From positions 26,908,001 through 26,972,000 of the forward strand of contig CM074514.1 of assembly GCA_037379345.1 (NCBI GenBank): DNA of 64,000 bases. Direction: 5' to 3'. The position numbers and the translations under genes are program-made. The notes beneath the pieces are model-generated. The model worked only from the letters and a program-made list of their open reading frames with translations, ran no database searches and was not told the DNA's origin. Positions 1 to 13,375 of the stretch are shown here, in pieces. Position 1 is the first letter of the stretch; every line of letters begins with the position of its first letter. The DNA is from Perna viridis (Eukaryota).

Positions 1-267
1 AATGTCAGTTCTAGGCCACCCATGGGTCTTCATTGAACAACGAGGAAACTCTCGTGTCAGGCTGCAGTCTAGCAGAGACAAATAATTTATGTGGGAGGCT
101 TAACAAGTATGTCAAAGGTTCAAAGGAGAAAACAGCTTTATTTTATTGATAGCAATGTCCCTGTGTAATACACCTCTATATCTAATAAATGAAATAAATT
201 CTGTATTTTTACACTTGGACTTTCAACTCTTAAAACATCACAACTATTTGTATATTCTCTTGAGAAA

Positions 268-671
268 TTAAGTAGCTGTCTTTGTAAGAATCATGCAAAA
301 TCTGAAAAATGTGATACACCCCAAAAAAGGCTACATATTTTTATTTTTGTAATTGAGTTGTTTTATGGGTCTATACTATGAAATGATTACTTATTCATTC
401 AAATCTGCCTGCTCTTAGGAGATAATCAACATTGAAAATCCAGTAGATTCTATTGTATTTCAGCGTCATTTACAGAGTTATCTCCCTTAATTTTGAAACC
501 TACAGTGCATTCTATATAATTTTTATCTCCTAAGAGCACAGGTTATATGAAAAACCACATGTTATTTTCTGTTTACTATGACATTTCAAACAAAATATCA
601 AAAATAAAAATATGTAGGTTTTTTACCCATGAATCACATTTTGCATGATCCTTAGCTGGAATGCTACTTAA
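268..671. mobile_element. MITE with long imperfect TIRs, bounded by TTAAGTAGC...GCTACTTAA
   Basis: Inverted termini; near-identical, internally deleted copy at 48090-48321. Confidence 0.85.
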
Positions 672-1038
672 ATTCATCTTACATCACTGATGATATGGAA
701 TATCAATTCACCGATTGCAACATGTCAAATTTATTTGAAAATAACAATAATTCATTGAGAAAATTAATATGATAAACAGAAAAATCAATAAGTTATCATC
801 AATAACTAAAATAGATCACTCATGATGAGAATGCCTGGAGAATAAATTGGTTCACAGATTTCATACACCCTTTTACTCATACTTCTGTTTTTCACTCTTT
901 TTAATGTATTATCATATAATTAATGACCAGACAAATTTGATCTGAAATATGGTAACTTAACAAACAAGTTTGTAATATAAGCTTAATCGATAGTAAATGA
1001 TAATTCTTAGATCAGTTCCTGCAGTGGAGATACATATA

Positions 1039-1204
1039 CAGTCAAACTAACCTCAGATGACCTTCCAAGGGAGAGGAAATCATTGTTATATAAGACAGGA
1101 GGTCTTCCTATACAGGTATAATTTACATAAAATGCACTACAAAAGGCATACTTGAAAGACAGGTTATTGTGGAAAATAGGTGGTTGCTAAGACAGGTTTG
1201 ATTG
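1039..1204. mobile_element. TA-flanked Tc1/mariner-type MITE (degenerate)
   Basis: TA|CAGTCAAAC ... GTTTGATTG|TA. Confidence 0.6.
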
Positions 1205-1246
1205 TAACAGTGTAATGAACAGCAGATCTGATTGGAAGTTACTTAC

Positions 1247-1360
1247 CATAAGAGCATGAAGAATAGATTTTATTGATGGCACATGATATCCTCTGACTAT
1301 CACCTGGTTACCAAGAACAACATGATGAGCAAGAAGATGAAAACTCTCTTCACCAAGCAC
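1247..1360 (-). CDS. FLCN: FLCN coding exon 5
   Basis: 114 nt, [38 protein letters not shown]; ttccag| and |gtaagt. Confidence 0.93.
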
Positions 1361-4300
1361 CTGGAAAAATATCACATACAGTACATAGTACATACATACA
1401 CAATGTAGACTTATATTTCCTTTAAAATATAAAAGGTATTTTGAATGCCTGTGTAGCAGGCAAATATAGTAGTGATGTCAAATATGGTATACATAAGGAC
1501 AGTCATTTGCTTTCAAAACAAAAATGCACAAGATTTGGCAAATTTTTGAAAGATCAAAGAAAAAAAAAACAACATCAGTTCAAAAAAGAAAATGCCAAAT
1601 CAGTTTCAAAATGCATGAGAATTGGCACTGTATACATGGTGCTGCTGAAACCCTTTATAAGAATTTGACCTAGAGTTGGTCACATGACAAAATCAGGAAT
1701 GTACGGCAGATTTTGATCTCAACTAAGTGCAAACTTCTGCATATAAATGACTCCATTATTTATATGGGTAAAAAAATTTGTGGCATTAAAAGTAGCACCT
1801 TCATTTTGTATGGGTAAGCGACATACAACCAGCACAATTACTCACATTATAAGAAAAGAAGTATATTATACAGTTAAAATTGCAGTTGATTTCTACTTTA
1901 AATATGATTCAGCTGACAAATTTAATCATATCATTATCCAACAAAGTAAGACGTCTTTGTAAATTATAAAAAAAAAAATCAAGTCAAGTTTAAAAAAAGA
2001 TTTATACAGGGCGAAGCATTTGTCTTAAATGCTTTTCGGTTTGCTTTAAATATCTTAGCATTCTAATAAGATATAATATTTATTTGCTACATTATTTTTG
2101 TCTTTTTGTAGGAAATTTAAAATAATGCCTCAAAACAAATATACTTTATTCAATACATAAAGCAGTAACATTTTTGTACTACTTCATCTGCAGTATTTAG
2201 TAACTATTGCTTCCTAATGTAAAGTTTCTTAAGTTTGACTGATATTTCCCTTTCAAACCATTTGGCAAAATCTATTACCGGGTAAATGCTTCATACTGAT
2301 CTACATCAGATGTCTAACTTGTATGTAAGGTTCCAACAAATTTCACTAAACAGTTTAGGAGTTTTATAAGGTACTTGGTCAGAAGAACAGACAGATGGAT
2401 AAAAACTGCTTTGGGAAAGAGTATAAGAATATGAAGTTTACCTTTAAAAGTAATCTAAGATTATGAATATTAACTGCACCAGGGGGTGGTTTATCTTCTT
2501 CAGCTGTCTCCGTTGGACTTGCTGATGGAGTCTTCTCCCCATCTTCAACACTTACTGATTTTGTGAATAGTTTAATGAATCCTTCCTCTGTCTCTGAAGA
2601 AAAAAATACAACCCATTGTCAATGGAGAAGTCTCAAAGACATTTGTAACTTTTTTTAGCACTGAATGCTTCATTTTTGATGTTTCATTGGTGTGTAAAAG
2701 CACTGACCGTAGCATATTTTCAACAGGGTTCTCACTAGGCTTTTTACATGGTGAGTTCTGGGACTCATCACTTTTTGGAAAGGTGAGTCCCAGATGAACT
2801 TGGTGGGTCCAACCCTTTTTCCTGGTTTAAAACCAGTTCGAGTGCTACATTAATTATTTTAGTGCATACATCAGTTCTACATTAAGTATGTACAATCATA
2901 CAAAACCATATCTCACTGCAATTATGCATGAAAATTTCAATGAAACATGCTAACTTAGAATGAAACATTTACATCATATAATTACATTTAATATGTTTCT
3001 CTTATTTTATTTTTATCTAATTTTAGATACACAAAGAAAATAGGCATTACACGGTGATCAATAAAGTTGTCTACTTAATTGTGGGCCTATTTGAATGACA
3101 TGAACACAAGAAGTGGGTAAAATGCTTTAAGATTTTAACGAAAGGAATCTTTAAATAACCAATAAATTACTGCACCAAGGTTTTGGATACCACAAAATCA
3201 TAAAACATTTCACAAAATTTTTCAACCAATACAAGAAACTCATTCTCAAGTACAGATGTACTTGTTAAGGATTAATATGTGCGGGTATCTCTCACCCTTT
3301 GTTTTAATATCCTACACAAAGAACAGAAATCTCAATACCTCACTCAATAAGTAAACTAAACCATTGAACAGGCTTATTCAAAAAGGATATAGTTATGATA
3401 TTGTTGTCAAATTGTTAAGGATAGCAATTTTTTGGTATTAAGGATTTTTCTGAAAATTAAATTTAACCTGTATTTCATGGTACTTAACAACTGTGCAAAG
3501 TTTTAAAAAAATTCATTGATCTATTCCCAAGTTATCATCGGGAAACCATCCTGAGATGGATAGACAGACACACAACTTACAGAAGGTATCACATAATACC
3601 CCTCAACTTTGTGTGGCAGGGTATAAAAGAAAGGCTTTATGATCCTATTCCTTTAACAACAGTTTACAATTTACCTTCCTGTTTTTCCATATCTATGATG
3701 GAATCTTCAGTTGGTGGTCCTTCCAACAAAGTCTCTGTAATTCTATTACTGCAAGCTTTCAAAATCCATACAAAAGCAACATGCAACACTTTAAAAATAT
3801 TTTTATCACTTGTCAATTCCATCAGAGATCGAGCAGGCTTATTCCCTCCCCTTTGTTGAAGATAGTTGCCACTAGAGGCCATGCGATATGACCTCTGGGG
3901 ACATTTAGACTGCTCCTCTTCATAAACTTTACTAGCCTTAGTTTGTAAATGTTCTATCACTATTTTCAAATTTGGGACTAGGAAAGGCCATGAATTTAAA
4001 AGATAAATTTTGTCCATCATCATGACAATAATACTGTATCTCCTTTGGAAACCTCTGGCTTGGCTGTCTTTTAGCTGGAATGTGTAACTCAGAACATGTC
4101 CTTGTTGGTCATTCCCAAAAAATATAGCACCTTCTTTTCCTGGACATACCTATTTGGTAATGTGATATAAAATGTAGAAGTTTTTAGGATATTTCAAATC
4201 TTTTTTTAATATATATGCATGTATTTAAGCTTATTTTCTGAGTAATATCTTACATCAATTTTTATTCATAAAGAAAATTATGGAAAAGATTATTTCAAAA

Positions 4301-5243
4301 TTCATAATTCGTATTTTCAGTTTAAAATATTATGAGTTACATCTATATCCCCTGAGGCAATTGTAAATGGAATTAGCGTTAAAAGGCATTTACTGAAATT
4401 GCACACTAATCCATTAAGATGTCATAATTTAATACATATGTATAACGTGTATATATAGATCTGACAAAATGGTACTAACCACGGTATCAAACAAAGTTAA
4501 TGTAGTGTCAATACATCTTGTACATGTTAATGTTTTTTTAAAATAAAATAAATTTGGAAGTCATGGCTTATTTGTACAATGAGTACTTGATTGCTATAGA
4601 TAACCACATTACCTCTCCACTGAGACTTCTGAGACAGGCATTCCTTACGAGGCTATAGACCTCAGGATGTGACGGGTTAGGATATTTATTGCTAATATAA
4701 CTAATAGGGGCATCATCATCATGGCTAACAAATCCTGTCTTCACAGAAAAGCAACCCTGCAGTTTTAAACAAGTAGAAAACTAAGAAGAGAATACTGGTA
4801 ATAAATTTATTAATTGAAGTTTGTCAAAGTTTATGTAATAAAAATTGCAAAAATTCCTTTGTTGTTGTTTTTTTTTAATAATCAATTCAGACATATATAT
4901 ATGTATGTAGCAATGACCAGTCTGTCTTAATGTTCTATAAATGTCCACACTGAAATCAGATGTAAATGTTTTTAATTTTTCATGTGTGGTCATGAAAGTG
5001 GTTATTAGTGTCAGTTTAGTGAAATCTTCCTAAATTAAATATTCATCTCACCTCACATGCATGCTCGGTTTTTGAGGTTGAAGGTATTTCCCCCGATGGT
5101 GACCTAACACGATTTGATAATGAGGCTGCTCCCTCCTCATTGGTCAGATCTACTTGTTCTTTAGGATGGGTTGGCTGAGTACAGAACATGACTTGTGGAC
5201 CATGTCCTTCACAGAAATGACATAAAGCAATTATAGCATTCAT
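1247..5243 (-). CDS. FLCN: Folliculin (RagC/D GAP subunit), 5' part; gene continues beyond left edge. Coding exons 5243-5052, 4756-4613, 4149-3675, 2593-2442, 1360-1247
   Basis: Spliced translation [23 protein letters not shown]...HACE|[14 protein letters not shown]...[12 protein letters not shown]|[12 protein letters not shown]...[31 protein letters not shown]...LLEGPPTED...|...NLRLLLK|[22 protein letters not shown] matches the folliculin N-terminal zinc motif, longin domain and start of the DENN region. All introns are GT-AG with consistent phases. Confidence 0.97.
2442..2593 (-). CDS. FLCN: FLCN coding exon 4 (acidic linker)
   Basis: 152 nt, [51 protein letters not shown]; phase 1 in, phase 0 out, fits neighbours. 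Confidence 0.9.
3675..4149 (-). CDS. FLCN: FLCN coding exon 3 (longin domain, ARGF arginine finger)
   Basis: 475 nt, VCPGKEG...[12 protein letters not shown]...DMEKQE; aaatag| and |gtaaat. Confidence 0.97.
4613..4756 (-). CDS. FLCN: FLCN coding exon 2
   Basis: 144 nt, [48 protein letters not shown]; ctgcag| and |gtaatg. Confidence 0.95.
5052..5243 (-). CDS. FLCN: FLCN coding exon 1 (acceptor upstream at 5260, so a 5'UTR exon lies further upstream)
   Basis: ATG at 5243; [16 protein letters not shown]; donor GAG|GTGAGA; acceptor tttcttacag|. Confidence 0.96.
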
Positions 5244-7586
5244 CTTGTCTGCAGTTCAATCTGTAAGAAACTGAAGTCAGAAAACAACAAAATCTTTCAT
5301 ATAAAATATAAGTAGAAATATCATTATGATGAAGTTGAAACATGAAAAAAAAATTGAATATATGGAAAATGTAGCAATAATGAACAATTTATTATTAAAA
5401 AAAAAAACTTCTGAAATACATTTATTAAATTGTATACCAGGGGTGGAAATATTTATATCCATACATGTATATATACATAGAATAACAAAAGCTCCAATGG
5501 GCGCTGCTGCATTCAACAGTAGAGACTGCAACCTGATCAATAAGGGCCAATTAAGAGTAATCAAGGAACCAAGCACCAATTAATCTAGAGGGAGAAATGA
5601 GCAAGAACTTTGCTTGTACTCACTTCTCTCATTTGTCTATGATAGGGAGAAGTTTTTGTAATGGATTACACTGATAAAAGTGTCAATATCATTTGTAGAT
5701 CAGGCCCTGCAATAAACATTTGTACTTCTGTCCGGTCATAACCCACAAAACCAACCCCAGGCTGACTTTGGTAGTATGGAACATTGTTTCCTAGAGAATA
5801 GAGATCCATACATTTACATGTACGGTACTTCAGTTACATTTCAATTATATGAAATACTTATTTTTGCCCCTAATTCCTCAAAAGTTGCACTACCCTAAAA
5901 AAATCAATACCAACTTTCTTTTTGATAGATTGAACTTTGCCCAGAAATTGCATCAAATTCCATGACTAGTATTCAAGGAATACTTTTGAAAAACAAGTGT
6001 CTATATATAAGGACAATAACATCAAAGATGACATAGAAGAGATTGGGAATGATGACAGTACCATACAATGATACAAATGCATAATTTTGAGGACTATATT
6101 AAGTAAGTGAATATATAAGATAAATTTAGGTGCTGATTTTAACAAGTTCTGATTTACCTTTGACATACATATAACTAAAATTTCTTGATACACATTAGTC
6201 AAGAGAATAGAGGATGAAGTACATGTACTCATAATGGTAATATATATGAATTCAAGATATAACAAATAATCAGCACTGAGAGTCTGATTTCACTTTGAAG
6301 GTTTCATCCAGCTAAACTTTCTGGAATTTATGGATTTTAAGCAGACAAAATGACTGAACAATTAGGCTTGAGTGATTACTTGATTTGATGTTTGACGCCC
6401 AAGCAGCAATACAGTATATATGAGTGATGAATATGAAATAGATGGTAAAATAAACAAGAATGAGAAAAAAAACAAAAACAAATTGAATGTAGAGTTAGCT
6501 AGTTTTGTTTCTGAACATATGGTACAACTCGGCCCGAAGACAAGTCATCCCAAATGTACTAGATCTTGGATCATCATTCTCACTTTAGTTGTGATGTCAC
6601 ACTTTAACGTGATTGGTTATCTAAAAGAAATTTATAAACCAGAAGTCATTCCCAAATACCAAGTCTATCTGCCAAGATGGAGAAATCCTTATTGTGAATA
6701 TCTCCAATATAGAAATTGATATTAGATTATAATTATTTGGAAGAGAATCGATAAGGCTACTCTTAAAACTTTGTTCTTTAACAGGCTAAATCTGCCTCTT
6801 ATTAATGATGTTTTCTAAGGCATTTTTTTTTTAAATCTTACATTTATGTCCTGTAAGCAAGTTCACAAATCTCATTAGTAATGTCATATTCATTAATTTG
6901 CATATCATTAAGTGTCAAATTGGTTGGCAAATAAGCAACAAAATAAACAATTGACAATTTCATGATTAAAACCCAAATTTTCAAAACTTTATAATTTTGT
7001 TATTCTTATATCCAATTTTGGTTCTGTAAAATGTTTCAATTTTTATATAAAACAACTCATATTGTGTTTATGAATTTATCACTCCTTCACTTGAAAATAA
7101 ATTTATAATGATATTCATATGTACATGTAAACCCTGTATGTAAACCTTTATATTCTTATTAAATTATTATTGAAATTTTATGATTGTATAGTCTAATCAC
7201 TGAATATTTATTTAAAAATTCCATGGGTAAAAAGAGTTTTATTTACATTTTAGGGACTCGAAGAGTTTTTCAATTCTCTAAAAAAAATGAATAAGTTATG
7301 ATGATGATGATGCACCATGCCTATCAATGGACTTTTTGCCAATCAAACCAAATGACAGTTAAATGATGACATTACAAAGAACTCTCATATTCACTCACAA
7401 GGAGGCCACCAAGAAAAATAAAAATTAGCCACCTAAGATAGCATAATTATTTGGACGAACTACTTATAATTTAAATTTCTATTAAGTCTGTTCTTTTACA
7501 ACTGTATGTTAATTATTATTAATGGGTGTCTTTTTATTTGATGCTTGGTATATGAAAACGAAAAATTAATAAAATTATGCACTTGC

Positions 7587-7951
7587 CTTATGTCATTTAT
7601 AAGATATTAGATTTCTTCCTTTTAGTTATGGAAGCTTTGTATGTTTACATCTTCACCGAACATGTTGAAATCATGTGCTTATTAATGTTTTCATTTGTTA
7701 AACTGAATTTCATTGGGCAGAATTAAAAACTTTTGTCCAATCGATGTCCAAGTTGCTAATGAAAATCGGTTTGATAGACAACACATTTTGTTGAAATATG
7801 GCGGGTGCTACCTGTCAAATGGAATACACATCCCCCGCAGAGTTTTTCTGGCCTAAGTAAATAATTGAAAGTGATTTGCAGATACAGTCTACATTCATAA
7901 ACTATCATATTTGCTTTGATTTTTTTATTGCAAGCTCCAACTTTCTTGCGG
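7587..7951. promoter_or_regulatory. Probable bidirectional promoter with divergent non-coding first exons of FLCN (-) and CCP110 (+)
   Basis: Locally CpG-richer patch. Plus-strand YY1-like AAATATGGCGG (7794-7804) is followed by a strong donor CGG|GTAAGT (7951/7952). Minus-strand donor AAG|GCAAGT (exon end 7587). X-box-like GTTGCTAATG (7752) and GTTTGATAGACAAC (7769-7782). Both genes have a splice acceptor just before their ATG. Confidence 0.55.
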
Positions 7952-9629
7952 GTAAGTGTAAGAATATCAAGTTTGAACTTGAAAATTATTTGTTATCAGT
8001 ATCATTGTGAGGAGATCAGTTTTCAGCATCAATAATTTTGTTTATTCCACTTTTCATTTAAAGATACTTTATCTGTCTACCAATGTGTTATGTCCTCAGT
8101 GTTTGTTTTTTTTTTTATTTCTAGAAGAGGAGCCATGCTAGGGGAGGGTTCCAGATGTTCGAACCTCCCATTTGTAGCCAACTTTGGTTGATTCTGTGCA
8201 TAATTTTGGCAAAAGTTATCCAATAATAGCGTTATTTATCTGAATTTGCCCCTGTCATGACACTTAAAGTAGCTAAATTAATTCCTAGGTAATGGATGGT
8301 GGATGCATTCTAACTAATTTGAAAGACCCGGCAAAAATTCCCTTACTCCAATACAATTTTACCTCTGATGACTCAAAATCAGATGAATCCAAACCTCAGA
8401 TTACTTGTGATTATCAATCAGTCCACTCAATATGTCTTTTAGATTAACTACGTTGTTGTAACTCAGATGTTTTAAAGTGAACTAATTAGAAGGAACAACT
8501 GTTGCTTTAGCACAAACTATTATAGACGTTAGTTTTTACATCATTGAGCATGGCTTATGTAATTACTCGGTTGACACCTTTATGGCCTGATTAGTGTATT
8601 TGATTAATACATAAAGGCTTGTGTAGTATAAAGAAACTAATTTGAATAATCACACTTTCACTTTGGAATTCAAATCATCAATGTTATAGGATGTTTTGAA
8701 AATGATAAAAAAAACTGTGGTAAATTTTCATTTAATTATGTGCAAAACAGATTATAATAATTGATACATATGTATATGTCACTTGCTTGATGTTAAGTAC
8801 ATTATGTACATACATTTGAAATATTTATTCAGTGTCAGCAGGTAATCCATTGTGAACACTACTACCCCATTTTCTACATAATTTGTCTGTATTAACCTTT
8901 GGGAGGAACCGTTGCTGTCAGGCTCTTCCAATGATCACCTGACGATCTCACCCATTTTATAAATGTACTGAGCAAACAGATGGAAATTGCAAAGACTTTG
9001 ATGCCCGAAAACTGTCTAGAAGTGATTTTTTTCTTTTTTGAAGTAATGTAAACTGCAATTAGTTCATTCTCTTATCTTCAGTTATTACCTGTGTCACCAA
9101 CATTGAAAGCAAGTCTTGTAGCCACTTGCCTCAGTCCTTTTATTAGTCTGTCATGCCTAAGGTTACCTACTTTGTGTAATCTGTAACTCAAAAGGTATTT
9201 ATCCAGCATTATTCAAACTTTGCACTGTGTTTATACTCACAATGAAGTTATGAACTTCTTATTTGGAGAAATTTGAATAATTTTCCTACATTTTTAGCAT
9301 GTTAAATTGAATCATCATTAGTACATTACTCAAGGAAATAAGTAACCAACACTGTAGTTCTTGGCTCGCCTCAGGCCATGTCCATTGTCATCTGTCATAT
9401 TTAAATTTTCTTCAGAAATCTTTTTCTTTGAAACCATTCATTGGATTATCTTATAAGTCACCAGCATCCTAATGGTATCTAATTTAAATATTGTGTTGAT
9501 TATATAAATCAAGTGTAAAAGATATATGTAGCAACTGTTGCTGTTTTTAGACCACTGGGGTCAAGTCACCAATTTCTACATATTTCTCAAAAACTGTAAG
9601 AGAAATTAGATAGTAAATGTGACCTCCAT

Positions 9630-9880
9630 TCTTCAACTTGAAAACCTCTACAAAAGTCTATATTGGGTCAAAGTTGTTGGACAACATTGCCCATAAAAGA
9701 CGAAAAATGATGCTTTTTTGCAATTTTTTGTCAATATCTTTGAAAACTATAATAGATGAAAAAAAAATTCAATTGATGAAAGGATCCTTATAAGACCTAC
9801 AGAAGTCTGTTGGGTAAAAGTTGTAGGATGACTCCTTGTCAGGGTTATTTCCCTTGAAGGGCAAAAGTTGAACCAGGTGA
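9630..9880 (+). repeat. Interspersed repeat, second copy at ~11495-11760
   Basis: Shared CTACAAAAGTCT..TT(G/A)GGTCAAAGTT...CTTTGAAAAC..TA.TAGAT.AAAAAAAATTCAAT...GATCCTTAT blocks. Confidence 0.65.
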
Positions 9881-12800
9881 ATTAGTCAGGTTCCTCAAAG
9901 TCTTTAGTTTAACTTGCTCATTGTTTATGTACATAAGATAGATACACATTGTACTTACATGGACATGCTGATAAGTACTGGTAAATGACGGTGACACAGG
10001 TCTAGACTTGTATGATTCATTTGACATTATTTATACAAATTATATAAAGCTGGTGTAATGGGTATTTGAATTTGCATATTTCTATGAATGTCTATAGGAG
10101 GAAATAAAAGATGATGTAAAGATGATGGTACACATTTGGCTCACCATATTGTATGGCAGTCTGTAATTGTTTGAAGTTGTACCACAATTCTTTATAATAG
10201 TTATTGTCTTTCACATATTTGCTGTACTTTGTACATGTATATGGCTTTAAAAATGGAAATTAAAACATTTAGATAACAAAATAATCCATATAACAAAAAG
10301 CGTATTACATGTATGTAACTTTTCTATGAACTTACTGAAATTATTGATATATACCAAAATAGGCCAAATTTGACTATTTTGTTTTTTCTTTTAATTGTCT
10401 GTAAATGCATGTATTTACTATTGCTGAATTTTATTATGAAAGTCTGCATTTAGCAGCTATTACCTCATGCAAAAAGAATTCTGATGTTGCCAGGTGAGTT
10501 ATAATCCTATTCAAACTGCATATGAAAGTATTTGCTGAGTTAGGTCCGCTAGAAAAACGTTTAGTTGATACTAAGAAGAAAACCAATACAACACTAGATC
10601 ATGACTCCTCATAAGTCAATGTTGTTTGGCCTATTCTTATAGTAATCTTTTAAATGCTCGACACTGCAACTGTCTGTTCTAAAAACTTTCTCAGGTACAG
10701 TCCCGATTATTCAATTTCAATTATTTTTAATATATTTTTTAATAACTTAACAAAGTTTTTAGAATTTCTATCAGCCTTCTTTAATCCATTTTCACATATC
10801 TCTGGTGTAGGGCTAGTAGCTAAAGGCATTAACTACACATGCAAATAGCAACAGTATGCAAGAACTGACTTCCGGTACATTTAGGTTTGCTAAACCACCA
10901 TATACATGTACTATGTAGGGTCATTATAAATACTCTCCAGCTGGCAAGCAAATTTCAGGATAGACAAGTCTATGTCAAGCAGAGCATGCCTGCTGGGCCA
11001 TGTTCATGTAATCTTGTATGTTTAAGAAAAAAAAATTCAATTGTCTTGATTGAAAAATTTTCCTTTAGCTTCAAATCAAAATGTGAATCAACATTGAATC
11101 TGTATCATCTCTTAGGCCAGAGGCCCTGAAGCTGATTTTAGTGCCCATAAGGATTCAGCAAGCAATACAGATTTTGCTATGACTATTTATCTCAATATGT
11201 ATCCCTGTTTTGGACATAGGGTTAGGATTTGGGTTCAAGCATACACTGAAACATGTCAAAACCAAACACTGAATAATCTGAAAAACCTGTTTAAACCAGA
11301 CACTTGGGATCTGTCATCAACGTCATCTATAAACTTTTCTTCAAACATATTTTCTGAAACTACTTGATAGACTTCAGTGAAAGTTGGCATGAATGTTTCC
11401 TGCAAAAAACTGTCTTCTGATTTTTGATCAATGCAAAGAATAGGGATAAAGCCATGTATTTCAAGAAAAATGATAAGAAATGACACTTATGTTGAGGCCT
11501 ACAAAAGTCTCTATTAGGTCAAAGTTTTGAGAGTTATGCCCTTAAACAGGAAAAAATGTGATTTTCTGCAGTTATAGCCCATACTTTGAAAACCATACTA
11601 GATAGAAAAAAAATTCAATGAAGTTTATTTCAGTTTAGTTCACAAAACTTTTATCCAATGAAACGATCCTTATGATAAGGCCTCTACAAATGTCTTCATT
11701 TAGGTCAAAGTTGGAAGAAGATTTCTTGTTAGAGTTATGCCCTGAAAGGCAAAGGTCATATTATGTTGTGATGTTTTTGTTATTGGTATTGTTATTTTTG
11801 TTCAATTGTAGTGAACCAAATGTCATGAAATTTTGATATATTATTCCTTGTTGCTTGAGGAATTTTGCTATTTAATATGGGGTCACTTGCCCTTACTGTT
11901 CTGCAAAAAGGGGCCAAAAGTGGTAAAATGTAGGTGTTTATTTAAAATTGATGTAAAATATTTACTTTTCATTCAGTTTTTACTATTCTTTTCAAGTCGC
12001 TAATATTGTTATTGACTTATTGCATTCTTAATTTTAGTACTTTACATTCCCATATGATTTGCATAATTATATATTATTACTCCACATAAAGCTGCTGATC
12101 GGTGCCGTGTTTACCGTCGTAGCTTCGTAGTTCTAGCGTCATACGAGATCAAAATATACCTCTTAAATACCATACACATGTGTTCTACTTGTGTTGCTAC
12201 TTGTATGAGAACAGGAAGTTTACATTTTAAGATAAAATGACCGGTTAGCATTGAACATTACCATTGTGATTCAGACAGGGGGCTCGTTACAATTGACTAT
12301 ATGGGTCACATATATATATCTGTTTTAATCTGGTTCCCAGGTCAATATCATTAGGGACCCAAAGATTGCTAAAAATTTGAGAGAAATTTGTTAAACAAAA
12401 ACACCCGCACCTCTTGGTAACCAGTTGTTTTGATTGAAAAAAACATTCGAGTCATCATGGTCATCATATCAAGGGAACCAAGATTCTAGTGGAAGTCACT
12501 TGATTTTTGAGCATATCACATTCATGCCATTTCAGGTGTTGAAAGCAAGCCAAAATCAGTTGCATAGAATATGTGATGATTAGTGACTTCAGATTTTAGT
12601 CTTTGATTTTAATTTGTTTATTATGAAATTATGTTTTAACCATACTTAACAGTTTTTGAATAGCAGTCCAAAGTGGGCCCATACCCTCAAAAATCAACTT
12701 TTTTATTTTTTTGACTGATTTTGTAATTTATTTTAGTTGACCCTGCCTGCATTTTCCAAATTCTTATATGGTTTTGAAATTATAAGAGGCCAAAGCGGAC

Positions 12801-13169
12801 CACTACCCAAAAAATTGACTTTTATGATTGTTTTTGATTTTGATCTTTTAAAAATATATATTTCTAATGAAAATTCTTGCTTTAACAAGAGCTTTAAGAA
12901 ATATGCTTAGCAAATTTACTCTATCAATTACAGTTTTTGAGAAAATGGGGTACAAAGTGATCCATGAAAGCATCCTGAAGCAGGACTTAAATTAAATTTC
13001 AGAATATTGTGAAATATTATTCCAAATGAGTTGTAGTGTCTATAATGAACTGTAAGTCCTTATGTTTAAGTATGTCAAAAACCAATATTGTGTCCACACT
13101 TGCCCCAAGTGAACAAGTTCAGCTGTCTGCTGTCATATCATGCTATGTTAAACTGAACGCCTCTCTTAA

Positions 13170-13375
13170 GGAGGTAGACCTAGGGTAAGGGACATAACTC
13201 ATGAGGGATATGTTTGTATCATATTCAATTTCACCAACGCCTTTCAAGCTTTCATTTGACACAGAATGAAATAATCCAAGTTACTTTGATGCTTACATGA
13301 GAATGATGTAAAATGCTTAATACAAACGTTCCAATGATTTGTAAGAGTTGTGTCCCTTACCTTAGGTCTACCTCC
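13170..13375. mobile_element. Kolobok-like MITE
   Basis: TTAA target-site duplication on both sides; 31-bp TIR GGAGGTAGACCTAGGGTAAGGGACATAACTC with 2 mismatches; RR...YY termini. Confidence 0.88.

Noticed and set aside
1-120. GC-richer stretch with possible minus-strand acceptors, considered as the next FLCN exon
   Set aside because: In-frame stops follow both acceptors and there is no LPxGC-like folliculin sequence; its identity is unresolved.
10454-10493. Possible extra CP110 5'UTR exon (tttag|...CCAG|GTGAGT)
   Set aside because: Good donor but no independent support from sequence alone.
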